Shown here: piece after piece, positions 48,398-59,286 of the stretch | How positions within the stretch are numbered: the stretch's first letter is position 1 | Layout: the number at the start of each line of letters is the position of its first letter | Source: a virus | Length of the DNA stretch: 64,000 nt | Virus record (IMG/VR): IMGVR_UViG_3300042563_002443 | Reading direction: 5' to 3' (one strand) | Notes under the pieces: model-generated | What the model was told of the DNA's origin: nothing | The model's database searches: none | The model's input: only the letters and a program-made list of their open reading frames with translations | Translations under genes and position numbers: made by a program

Positions 48398-49260
48398 TGA
48401 TTCGATTACAAGACTTGTTAAATGAAGATTTACGCCGTTGGGTTAAAGAAAAATGGGTAGATCAGAATGGCAGGCCATGTGGCAACGATAAAACAAAAGG
48501 CGTAAAGAAATGTCGTCCTAGTAAAAAAGTTTCTGCAGATACACCAAAACCATGGAGTTCATTCAATAAAAAAGAAAAAGAATCGTTGGTAGCACAAAAG
48601 CGTAAGGTTGGTATGGGTAAACGTACTCCAAAGGCTGAAGCAGTAGTAGACGATCGTATTGAATGTGACAAATGTGATCATGGTTGGCCGAAATCTACCG
48701 GCGGCGCTGATTTATACATTTGCCATGAATGTGATCATGACAATACTCCAATTGAAATGATTGACGAGAAAAAGAAACCAAAACGAGATGCTTGTTATTA
48801 TAAAGTAAAAGCCAGTTACACCCGAGATGGTGGCACATGGCCATCAGCATATGGATCATTAGCATTATCAGCTTGTCGCAAAAAAGGTGCAAAGAATTGG
48901 GGTAAAAAATCTAAGAATGAAGAAATAGAAAAGGATGTTATGGAAGAAATGTCAGTTTGTACGGAATGTGCAATAGCAATGATGGAAGACATCAAGGCAG
49001 GTAAGTTTGATGTAATATCAGAAGCCGAATATCAAGGACGTAAAGTTAACTTAGGCAAACCAATGCAAGGTGATGTAAAGAAATTTAAAGTCTACGTTAA
49101 AAACCCAAAAGGCAACGTTGTTAAGGTCAACTTCGGCGATCCTAATATGAGAATCCGCAAGAGCAATCCTGCTCGTAGGCGTTCATTTAGAGCTAGGCAT
49201 CGATGTCATACTGCAAAGGATAGAACCTCTGCTAGATACTGGTCCTGCCGTAACTGGTAA
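48397..49260 (+). CDS. modular basic late protein with MIRLQDLLNE leader
   Basis: Modules LRRWVKEKWVD, CDKC/CHEC, WPSAYGS, AEYQGRKV...RARHRC...ARYWSC separated by acidic xxE linkers. Confidence 0.7.
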   Translation: MIRLQDLLNEDLRRWVKEKWVDQNGRPCGNDKTKGVKKCRPSKKVSADTPKPWSSFNKKEKESLVAQKRKVGMGKRTPKAEAVVDDRIECDKCDHGWPKSTGGADLYICHECDHDNTPIEMIDEKKKPKRDACYYKVKASYTRDGGTWPSAYGSLALSACRKKGAKNWGKKSKNEEIEKDVMEEMSVCTECAIAMMEDIKAGKFDVISEAEYQGRKVNLGKPMQGDVKKFKVYVKNPKGNVVKVNFGDPNMRIRKSNPARRRSFRARHRCHTAKDRTSARYWSCRNW

Positions 49261-49332
49261 CATTATCATAAAAAACTATTAGATAGGTTGGATACTGGTT
49301 CATTATTTCATATTATATAGAAAATAAGAAAT

Positions 49333-50490
49333 ATGAAAAAGAGAATAGGAATACCAGTAACAACATCGGGAGTAACTTCAATAATTGAAGTAGGTACAAA
49401 CAATGATATTACAAATTTGTTCCGGCCAATCATGATACAACATGCAGTGTCAAACAACGAAGCATTATTATTTGATGAAATCACCGGCCGAGCAAAGCGT
49501 ATTAATAGAAATGAATTAACTGAGCCGGCAACTCAACAAGAAGAAATAATTGTGGAACAAAAAGATATCGATCCTATATTGCATCTTATCAATAACGCTC
49601 ATAAAATAAAACCTGAGTCGTTAGAAATGTCGGATATCAAATGGAAATATCTAGTACGCTCAGCAGTAAGAGGCAAAAATATAATGATGGTTGGGCCTGC
49701 AGGTTGCGGTAAGACACAAGCCGCAAAAGATTTACCTAGGGCAACTAATCGTCCTTTCTTTTATTTTAATTTGGGAGCAACACAAGATCCTAGATCAACA
49801 CTCATTGGAAATACACATTTCAAAGATGGACAAACAATATTTGATTCGTCAGCATTTGTAACGGCCATACAAACTAAAAACGCAGTTATTTTGTTGGATG
49901 AACTTTCAAGGGCGCATCCAGAAGCCTGGAATATCTTGATGTCAGTGTTAGATGAAGGTCAACGCTATTTGCGATTAGATGAAGATGTTGATTCACCAAC
50001 CATAATGGTAGCTCCGGGAGTTTCATTTATTGCAACAGCCAATATTGGTACCGAATATACATCGACTCGAGTATTGGATCGTGCGCTATTAGATCGATTC
50101 GAAATAATTGAAGTTGATATTTTATCATTATCACAAGAAGAACTTTTATTAACAAAACGTTTTCCTAAATCAGTTTCTCCAAATTTAATTCATTCAGTAG
50201 CAGATATAGCCGACGCAACTCGCAAAGAATGGAGAGCGGAAGATGGCAAGTTATCGACTATGGTATCAACACGTATGACAGTTAGAGTATGTGAATTGCT
50301 AGCAGATGGATTTTCTTTATCGGAGGCCGCGGAAGTAGCAATATTACCATTCTTTGATGCATCAGGAGGCACCGATTCAGAAAGGACATTTGTTAAACAA
50401 ATTATCCAAAAACATATGGCAACGGAAATAAAAGATATTTTTAATGCTGAAGATGAGCCGTATGATCCAATAATGCAAAAACCAGCATAA
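49333..50490 (+). CDS. MoxR/CbbQ/NirQ-family AAA+ ATPase
   Basis: GPAGCGKT, LLDELSR, ATAN, DRALLDRF, STR. Confidence 0.9.
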   Translation: MKKRIGIPVTTSGVTSIIEVGTNNDITNLFRPIMIQHAVSNNEALLFDEITGRAKRINRNELTEPATQQEEIIVEQKDIDPILHLINNAHKIKPESLEMSDIKWKYLVRSAVRGKNIMMVGPAGCGKTQAAKDLPRATNRPFFYFNLGATQDPRSTLIGNTHFKDGQTIFDSSAFVTAIQTKNAVILLDELSRAHPEAWNILMSVLDEGQRYLRLDEDVDSPTIMVAPGVSFIATANIGTEYTSTRVLDRALLDRFEIIEVDILSLSQEELLLTKRFPKSVSPNLIHSVADIADATRKEWRAEDGKLSTMVSTRMTVRVCELLADGFSLSEAAEVAILPFFDASGGTDSERTFVKQIIQKHMATEIKDIFNAEDEPYDPIMQKPA

Positions 50491-50559
50491 TTTGTAGTTT
50501 TTATTAATAGTCTGGTTGGAAATTACTGATCAATTTCATATTATATATAAAAAAAAGAG

Positions 50560-52590
50560 ATGAGCCTATCAAAACGATTTTCAGAATACAAACCAACTCA
50601 AGCATCAAGCTTTTGGTTGGACCGAGATTTTGATTCCAATTGGACTAATACTAATACAAATACGTTAGATATTACAAAATTAGCGGCAGCACAACGAGCA
50701 ATTGCTAATTTTGTTAATATTGTTACCGGAAAAACTATACCTGTAAAATTTCAAAGTAATGATTCAAGTTTTACCGATGGTACCACTGTTACTATTGGAA
50801 CCAAATTAGATGGCAAAAACTTTGATCCTGCCGTTGGGCTTGCACTTCATGAAGGGTCGCATATTGCGCATACCGATTTTTCTTTGTTTAAAGGAGCTAA
50901 TGGCAAGTCAACTAGCAATATCAGCGAAACACTATTTGCTAAATTAATTAGATATCAAGGATTAGATCCAAATTTGGATTTACCTATACGCGAATTTAAA
51001 ATTATTAAAGATTTGCTTAATTGGGTTGAAGATAGACGTATTGATTATAAAATTTATACAACAGCTCCTGGCTATCGAATGTATTATGAATCAATGTATG
51101 ATAAATTCTTTAATGATAAAATTATCGATAAAGCATTGTTGTCTGGAGCAAAGAATCAAGAAACAATAGACGATTACATGTTTCATATTATTAATTTTAC
51201 TAATTCTAATCGCAAATTAAATACATTAAAACATTTGCGGTTGATATGGAATATCATTGATCTTAAAAATATACAAAGATTAAATTCAACCCAAGATGCA
51301 TTAATTGTTGCGTGTGATATATTTAAAATACTTAAACAAGTCATAAATAATAACACTGCTGAGTCAGAAGACAAATCAAATGAAAGCGATGCCGGTGATG
51401 AAGATGGTGAAGAGAATGAGTCAACGCAGGAAGAATCGTCTGAAAGCAATTCTGAACCGCAACTTTCTTCTCAGGACACTGAAAAATTAAAAAAAGCAAT
51501 ATTAAAACAACAAGATTTTTTAGATGGTTATCCAATAAAAAAAGGTAAATTATCTTCAAAGATAGCAAAAACAGTTGATGCACTTAAGGAAGCAGGATGT
51601 GAGACACGTGAGGTTTCTACAAGTATAACCGGCGCCTCAGATTTTGTTGAAACAATTGTTATAAAAAAATTGACTCCTGGAATAATATCTTCAATGCCTG
51701 AATTATTTGGAACAAATTCAGATGACTATGTTACCGGGCAACGTAACTATGATAATGATGTTCGAGATCATAAATATAGCGCAGTTCGACTTAATAATAA
51801 ACAAGAAGCTGTGAATGCTGGCATTGTTTTAGGTAAGCAGTTAGGTAGAAAACTTCAACTTAGAAACTCGGATCGCTCACTAAAATCAACAAGACTTCAG
51901 ACCGGCAAAATTGATAAACGATTAATATCTCAGTTAGGATACAATAATATAAATGTATTTCATAGAATTGTAACAGACAGATTTAAAAATTATTTTATTC
52001 ATATATCAATTGACGCATCTGGATCAATGTCAGGCGATAAATTTGCTAATGCTCTAACTTCAGCAATAGCAGTTGCTCAGGCAGCTGCAATGACAACCGG
52101 TATACGAGTACAAATTTCATTGCGAGGGACATATTACTTGAATAATTCTAGAGTAGAAAGATCCGTAACGATATATGCATATGACTCAGCTGTTGATAAA
52201 ATACATAAAATAAAAAACATGTTTAAATACCTAGATGTATTTGGATGTACACCTGAAGGTATTGCATTTAAAAGTATTGAAAAAGATATTTTAAAAGATG
52301 CAAAAGGAGATGAATGCATTTTTGTTAATTATTCAGATGGTGGGCCAACCGATATATCAGGAGTTGCCCGTAGTTATGATGGCGTTGCATATACAAAAAA
52401 TGCTATCAATTGTTTTCGATCTTATGGGATCAATATTATTTCATATTTTATTTGTAGTTTGTATGGTAGTGATTACGAACAAAGACAATTTAAAACCATG
52501 TATGGACCAGATGCATGTTTTATAAAACCAACAAATATGATTGATGTATCTAAAACTTTAAATCAAAAGTTCTTGGAAATTGCCAAGTAA
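50560..52590 (+). CDS. VWA-domain partner protein with N-terminal HExxH (CobT-like)
   Basis: HEGSH, EDRRID, acidic linker, MIDAS DASGSMS, TPE, SDG. Confidence 0.85.
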   Translation: MSLSKRFSEYKPTQASSFWLDRDFDSNWTNTNTNTLDITKLAAAQRAIANFVNIVTGKTIPVKFQSNDSSFTDGTTVTIGTKLDGKNFDPAVGLALHEGSHIAHTDFSLFKGANGKSTSNISETLFAKLIRYQGLDPNLDLPIREFKIIKDLLNWVEDRRIDYKIYTTAPGYRMYYESMYDKFFNDKIIDKALLSGAKNQETIDDYMFHIINFTNSNRKLNTLKHLRLIWNIIDLKNIQRLNSTQDALIVACDIFKILKQVINNNTAESEDKSNESDAGDEDGEENESTQEESSESNSEPQLSSQDTEKLKKAILKQQDFLDGYPIKKGKLSSKIAKTVDALKEAGCETREVSTSITGASDFVETIVIKKLTPGIISSMPELFGTNSDDYVTGQRNYDNDVRDHKYSAVRLNNKQEAVNAGIVLGKQLGRKLQLRNSDRSLKSTRLQTGKIDKRLISQLGYNNINVFHRIVTDRFKNYFIHISIDASGSMSGDKFANALTSAIAVAQAAAMTTGIRVQISLRGTYYLNNSRVERSVTIYAYDSAVDKIHKIKNMFKYLDVFGCTPEGIAFKSIEKDILKDAKGDECIFVNYSDGGPTDISGVARSYDGVAYTKNAINCFRSYGINIISYFICSLYGSDYEQRQFKTMYGPDACFIKPTNMIDVSKTLNQKFLEIAK

Positions 52591-52616
52591 ATATTTATAT
52601 TAAATAAACGTTATAA

Positions 52617-54247
<1,631 letters not shown>

Positions 54248-54248
<1 letters not shown>

Positions 54249-54460
54249 TGAAATCGATATACATGCATGGCGATGCTGCATACCATGTAGTAGCACAAAA
54301 ACCTATACATCATTTTGCTAAAATATTTGGAGATAATCCTAATATGGAATATGTGCAAATGTATATGAATTGGCTGCGATGTGATCATGTATTAAATAAT
54401 CAAACTCATTTCATGTTTTGCGAAACAATTCCAGATGTTGACTTTGAAATTGTAGAATAA
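54248..54460 (+). CDS. hypothetical protein
   Basis: TAATG-coupled to groEL. Confidence 0.6.
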
Positions 54461-54482
54461 TTTCTTATAATAAAAGAAAACA

Positions 54483-55004
54483 ATGTCACAGGTTCGATTT
54501 ATAGCAGATTTACACTTTGGCCATAGCTTCATGGCAAAGCATCGAGGATTCGAAAGCATTGAAGCACACGATGCCCATGTTATTGAGCAATGGAATAGTG
54601 TTGTACAAAAGCGTGATATTACTTATATTTTAGGCGATATAACAATGGAAAAGACTGATTCATATCCACTGTTAAACCGTCTCAATGGCATCAAAAAAGT
54701 AGTGTTAGGCAACCACGATAGACCAAAGCACATCCCGGAATTACTTAAATATGTTCAAGAAGTATCCGGGATGGTGCAATACAAAGGTATTTTCCTAACA
54801 CATTGTCCAATACATACAATGGAAATGGATTATCGAGTTCAACACAATATTCACGGACACATACACAGCAAACTAGTAACATATCCAGTTACCTTGTTTG
54901 GGTTTAAATTGTTTGATCGTGTTGATAGGCGATATCATTGTGTATCGTGTGAGCATGTAGACTTTAAACCAAAAACATTGGAAGAACTAGGAATCACCCG
55001 GTAA
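54483..55004 (+). CDS. calcineurin-like metallophosphoesterase
   Basis: DLHFGH, LGD, GNHD, THCP, HGHIH. Confidence 0.9.
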   Translation: MSQVRFIADLHFGHSFMAKHRGFESIEAHDAHVIEQWNSVVQKRDITYILGDITMEKTDSYPLLNRLNGIKKVVLGNHDRPKHIPELLKYVQEVSGMVQYKGIFLTHCPIHTMEMDYRVQHNIHGHIHSKLVTYPVTLFGFKLFDRVDRRYHCVSCEHVDFKPKTLEELGITR

Positions 55005-55016
55005 GGAAACAATTCT

Positions 55017-55349
55017 ATGATAGACGATATTAAAATAATACATCTCAAAAGCAATGCACAACAACTAGAGACTTGGATTGCCATGTTGAATGGAGACATT
55101 GTAGGACATATCTACATGGAGCGAGAAGAAAGCAACAAGATCAAATTCTTAGATGCTTGGGTGCACGAAGAGCACAGACTTAAGGGCATATTCAGAAAGC
55201 TGTGGGATACTAGATGGCAATATGTAACAGATAGGTACAAAGGATATGTTGTTTATGCTTGGTGCAAACCAGGATCGTTGCCATTGCTCATAGAAAAAGG
55301 ATTTGTCGAAGGTGAAACTTGCACATATGTTGAAAAGGTAATAGAATGA
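55017..55349 (+). CDS. GNAT acetyltransferase
   Basis: VHEEHRLKGI motif A, KGF. Confidence 0.75.
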   Translation: MIDDIKIIHLKSNAQQLETWIAMLNGDIVGHIYMEREESNKIKFLDAWVHEEHRLKGIFRKLWDTRWQYVTDRYKGYVVYAWCKPGSLPLLIEKGFVEGETCTYVEKVIE

Positions 55350-55440
55350 TGTATAAACTAAGGTACACTATATTAAAATACATTTTAAGAAAGATTGGAT
55401 ATTCATCATAATTTTCTTATATTATATAAAAAAAAGATAT

Positions 55441-55602
55441 ATGGAAATTGTAAACCTAGTTAATGACAAATGCCAAGTAATTGATTCAGCAACAGGACAG
55501 ATCATGTTCGAAGGATCGTATGATGATTGTTTCATGTGTTTAGCTACATATGAAGATGAAGATGCATTGTATCGAAACCATTTGTTGATGTCAGGAATTT
55601 AA
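55441..55602 (+). CDS. 53-aa hypothetical protein (not in the ORF track)
   Basis: After promoter 55395-55423; MEIVNLVNDKCQVID...LMSGI. Confidence 0.55.
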   Translation: MEIVNLVNDKCQVIDSATGQIMFEGSYDDCFMCLATYEDEDALYRNHLLMSGI

Positions 55603-55609
55603 TGGTTCT

Positions 55610-55681
55610 GGTCCTATCGACTATCGGTTAGGTCGTCAGGTTTTCATCCTGGAAAGCGGGGTTCGATTCCCCGTAGGACTA
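55610..55681 (+). tRNA. tRNA-Glu(TTC), CCA not encoded
   Basis: Acceptor GGTCCTA/TAGGACT, anticodon arm TCAGG-TTTTCAT-CCTGG, T arm CGGGG-TTCGATT-CCCCG. Confidence 0.92.
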
Positions 55682-55684
55682 CAA

Positions 55685-55748
55685 CAGCCTGTACCCTTGA
55701 GAAACTCGTATTTAAAGATAAGCAGGTTGGCTTCGAAATAAAAGGGTA
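55685..55748 (+). ncRNA. candidate pseudoknotted RNA in the tRNA spacer
   Basis: CAGCCTG/CAGGTTG and TACCCTT/AAGGGTA crossing helices. Confidence 0.35.
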
Positions 55749-55767
55749 GGAGAATAAGAAGCAATAT

Positions 55768-55869
55768 AGTCAGGTGGCGGAATTGGTATACGCTAGCTAA
55801 GAATCGGCAGGTGTACAACTGTTATTAAGCTTTATACGATTCATACAGGTTCGAATCCTGTCCTGACTA
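55768..55869 (+). ncRNA. tRNA-like RNA (Leu-type acceptor, D and T arms; no canonical anticodon arm)
   Basis: AGTCAGG/CCTGACT-A, GCG-GAATTGGTATA-CGC, ACAGG-TTCGAAT-CCTGT; 51-nt non-canonical middle. Confidence 0.7.
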
Positions 55870-55870
55870 C

Positions 55871-56322
55871 AAGTACAAGAGTTCTTTGACATATTAAAAT
55901 TAAGGAAAAACATGATAGAAATAACATCATATGTTTTAGGTATGCTTACGATTGCAGCAGCATTATTATTGATTGCTTTAGTTGTAGGTATGGTTAAGAT
56001 AAACAAAACAAACAAACAATTATTACAGATTGAAAAACAAATAGACGAAATTCATCATATGACGTCTCATGAGCATGAACATTTTCAACAACAACTTGAA
56101 AGAACATGTCGCGACATCAATATGGTTGAAAAAACCGTAATGAATCAAATTGAAAAAGTTGATCGAGATCATCATTCAATAGAAGATGCAATTCATCGAG
56201 AAATTGATCAAACAAAATCATACATTGATTCAAGAATTGATAAGGTAGTCCTACAAGGCTCCATTATAGGAAAAAAAGAAATAATTAAAGGTTAAATTAA
56301 TCCGTTAAAGACCCTTGTACTT
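55871..56322 (+). repeat. imperfect inverted repeat bracketing ORF 55912-56295
   Basis: AAGTACAAGAGTTCTTTGAC (55871-90) complementary to GTTAAAGACCCTTGTACTT (56304-22). Confidence 0.7.
55912..56295 (+). CDS. membrane-anchored coiled-coil protein
   Basis: N-terminal TM, heptad-rich region, SYIDSRIDK. Confidence 0.7.
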   Translation: MIEITSYVLGMLTIAAALLLIALVVGMVKINKTNKQLLQIEKQIDEIHHMTSHEHEHFQQQLERTCRDINMVEKTVMNQIEKVDRDHHSIEDAIHREIDQTKSYIDSRIDKVVLQGSIIGKKEIIKG

Positions 56323-56372
56323 TTATTTGGGTTATTGAATTATTTTTCTTATATTTTAATAAAATTGAATCA

Positions 56373-57083
56373 ATGAAAGTTACACTAATTTCAGATACAC
56401 ATTCAAAGCATAAGCAATTGGATGCAGATTTACCTGGAGGTGAACTATTGATCCATGCAGGCGATTTCATGAACTCGGGTTATGGCGCATACGAAGCAGA
56501 AGACTTCTTTACTTGGTTTGATAACATAAACAACTACGATACAAAGGTACTAATTGCAGGTAACCATGATCGTTGGATGCAGGATAGGTCAGATGATGCA
56601 CACGGCATCTTAACTGGATACAAGACTATTGAATATCTCCTAGATGACGATTTAACACTATACTATGACGGACACAATGGAGATTTTCCAGAAGACAATG
56701 TTCGCATATATGGTTCACCATGGCAACCGGAATTTTGTGATTGGGCTTTCAATTTGCCTCGCAACGGTGAAGAGATGAAAGCAAAGTGGGATGCTATTCC
56801 ACACAATACAGATATCTTAATTACACATGGACCTCCCTTTGGATATCTAGATATTCCAGGTGGACAAAGTATCCGGGTTGGATGTGAAATGTTACGTTAT
56901 CGAGTAGATGAGATTAAGCCAAAGATTCATGTGTTTGGCCATATTCATGGAGGACATGGATATTACTTTAACGGACATACGCATTTTTTCAATGCATCAG
57001 TATTGAATGAACGATATAGTTATGCAAATAAGCCATTCCACTTTGACTGGGATCAAGCAACAAATGAAATAAAATGGCCATGA
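56373..57083 (+). CDS. metallophosphoesterase (MPPED/239FB-like)
   Basis: SDTH, HAGD, AGNHD, YGSPWQP, THGPP, FGHIH. Confidence 0.92.
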   Translation: MKVTLISDTHSKHKQLDADLPGGELLIHAGDFMNSGYGAYEAEDFFTWFDNINNYDTKVLIAGNHDRWMQDRSDDAHGILTGYKTIEYLLDDDLTLYYDGHNGDFPEDNVRIYGSPWQPEFCDWAFNLPRNGEEMKAKWDAIPHNTDILITHGPPFGYLDIPGGQSIRVGCEMLRYRVDEIKPKIHVFGHIHGGHGYYFNGHTHFFNASVLNERYSYANKPFHFDWDQATNEIKWP

Positions 57084-57427
57084 AACAAAATAAAATACCA
57101 ATGACATTAACGGAAGATAATATATTGAAGGTTGCTGTTGAACAAGGAGTAATAGAAAACGAATTCAATTGGAAATTGGTTCGTGCCCGGGATGGATTAA
57201 CTAACCAATCAAAGGATATTATGTGGATTGAGTGGAACGAAGATGGTACCTTAAAGGAAAAGCATGACACATTTGCGATTGGTCGATCACTGCTTATGTC
57301 ACCATTCAATCAATTTTTTACTTGGCAAACAACTCCAATAACAGAAATTGTTGATGAACAAGACGACTATATTAAATTTAAGACACAAAATAGTAATTAC
57401 GAGTTATGGAAACTAAAAAATAATTAA
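57074..57427 (+). CDS. hypothetical protein
   Basis: ORF; FTWQTT..TEI, FKTQNSNY. Confidence 0.65.
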   Translation: MAMKQNKIPMTLTEDNILKVAVEQGVIENEFNWKLVRARDGLTNQSKDIMWIEWNEDGTLKEKHDTFAIGRSLLMSPFNQFFTWQTTPITEIVDEQDDYIKFKTQNSNYELWKLKNN

Positions 57428-57432
57428 AACAT

Positions 57433-57672
57433 ATGGGAAAGATAATATTGGAGTTTGACTCTATTGAAGAACAAAATGATGCAAGAATGGCATTGGATGG
57501 TATTAAATGGAAGAATGCGATGTGGGAATTAGATCAATTACTTCGAAGTGCAGTAAAATATGGTTCTTTTGATGGAAGAGAAGCTACAGGAGCCGAACAA
57601 GACATGGCTGATAAAGTAAGAGACTCTATCAGAGATATATTAAATGAATACAATTTAAACTTAGATGATTAA
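57433..57672 (+). CDS. hypothetical protein
   Basis: ORF with A-rich start context. Confidence 0.65.
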   Translation: MGKIILEFDSIEEQNDARMALDGIKWKNAMWELDQLLRSAVKYGSFDGREATGAEQDMADKVRDSIRDILNEYNLNLDD

Positions 57673-57737
57673 TATAATATCAAACATTATACTTGGGTTT
57701 TGGGTACTTTTTACGATATGGTTAATTTACTTTTGGA

Positions 57738-58157
57738 ATGAAAATGAAAAAAAATAACGAAAAAGATTCATATTGTCATTATAGTGATTTACCATCACCT
57801 ATGGCTTATGTTCAAAAAAAAGAAGAAAAAAACATTAAAAATATGAATAAATGGTATAACTATGGTAAGTGGAGACATCCTGAAAAACGTAAAGAACTAA
57901 TGAAAGATAGAGAAGAAAAAATAACGGCAGATACTCGATTAAATAGACTAAAAGATGACATTCGAACCGAGTTTGATAAGATAAAGTGGATGCTTGATGA
58001 ATATACACAAGTACAACATAAACAAATTAAATTTAGAGATGAATTAATTGAATTACTAACTAATCAAGTAGTAGATCTAACCATGATGTCCAAAATTGAA
58101 TTGGGAGATGATGTGATATCAGAAATTAAACGACTAAAAGATATTATCAATGGATAA
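57738..58157 (+). CDS. hypothetical protein (start uncertain)
   Basis: ORF overlapping the thyA start. Confidence 0.5.
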   Translation: MKMKKNNEKDSYCHYSDLPSPMAYVQKKEEKNIKNMNKWYNYGKWRHPEKRKELMKDREEKITADTRLNRLKDDIRTEFDKIKWMLDEYTQVQHKQIKFRDELIELLTNQVVDLTMMSKIELGDDVISEIKRLKDIING

Positions 58158-59286
58158 CCTAGATAAACAATATATAACTTTACTCCAATCTATTTTAGAT
58201 TACGGAGTTGAAAAACAAGACCGAACAGGTACAGGAACTAAAAGTATTTTTGGTTATACCATTCGTCATAATATGAAAGATGGTTTTCCATTGCTTACAA
58301 CTAAGAAAATGCCATTCAGACTTATCGCAACAGAATTAATATGGTTCTTGCGTGGTGATACAAACATCAAATACCTTGTTGATAATAATTGTCATATTTG
58401 GGATGGTGATGCTTATAAGAATTACTTAAACGAAACTCAACATGAAGCAGCTTATACTAAAGAAGAATTTATTAATTTAATTAAAACAGATCATGATTGG
58501 GCTAAAGTGTGGGGTGATTTAGGCCCTGTGTATGGTAAGCAATGGAGAGATTGGGGAAGTAAAAAAAGATACGGTGACTATGAACCTCCAATGTATGGTG
58601 GTATAGACCAAATTCAAAATCTAATCAATGACCTTAAAACAAACCCAGACTCAAGACGATTAATGGTTTCAGCTTGGAATGTTGGAGAATTAGACCAAAT
58701 GGTTCTCCCACCTTGTCATTATGGATTTCAAGTTTATACAAGAGAGTTGAGTAGAGCAGAAAGAGTGGACGATTATAACTCTAAGTTTGAAAATAAAATA
58801 GAAGTACCATTTATAAAAGTAAACTTAGGAGATGCCATAGAAAATACTATTGATACATCTTTGACCCAAGCAAACATCCCAACCAGAGCAATCTCTTTAA
58901 TGTGGAATCAACGCTCAGCAGATGCATTCTTAGGTTTACCATTCAATATCGCATCTTATGGACTACTACTTGAAATTATTGCTAAAGCAGTTAATATGGT
59001 ACCCGATGAATTGATTGGTAACTTAGGTGATACACATTTGTATTTGAATCATATTGAACAAGCAAAAGAACAACTAACAAGAGAACCATATCCATTACCA
59101 ACCTTAAACATCAACACAGAGTGGTGGCCAACTGAATCCGGAGGTTGTGGAGTAAGCCCTATAGACGCCGTAGCAGTGGTTGAAGGTTTCAGCAATGATA
59201 ACTTCTGCAAGTGTCTACTTGAGTCAGATTTACAACTAAGTAACTATCAATCACACCCACATATTAAAGCACAATTATCAAATTAA
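58150..59286 (+). CDS. thyA: thymidylate synthase
   Basis: DRTGTGT, FPLLTTKK, GPVYGKQWR, SRR, LPPCH, QRSAD..LG.PFN, DTHLY. Confidence 0.96.
   Translation: MDNLDKQYITLLQSILDYGVEKQDRTGTGTKSIFGYTIRHNMKDGFPLLTTKKMPFRLIATELIWFLRGDTNIKYLVDNNCHIWDGDAYKNYLNETQHEAAYTKEEFINLIKTDHDWAKVWGDLGPVYGKQWRDWGSKKRYGDYEPPMYGGIDQIQNLINDLKTNPDSRRLMVSAWNVGELDQMVLPPCHYGFQVYTRELSRAERVDDYNSKFENKIEVPFIKVNLGDAIENTIDTSLTQANIPTRAISLMWNQRSADAFLGLPFNIASYGLLLEIIAKAVNMVPDELIGNLGDTHLYLNHIEQAKEQLTREPYPLPTLNINTEWWPTESGGCGVSPIDAVAVVEGFSNDNFCKCLLESDLQLSNYQSHPHIKAQLSN

Noticed and set aside
55685-55750. Firm call as a theta/HDV-like ribozyme
   Set aside because: P1/P2 topology fits but the P3-L3-P1.1 core does not; kept only as an unclassified structured RNA
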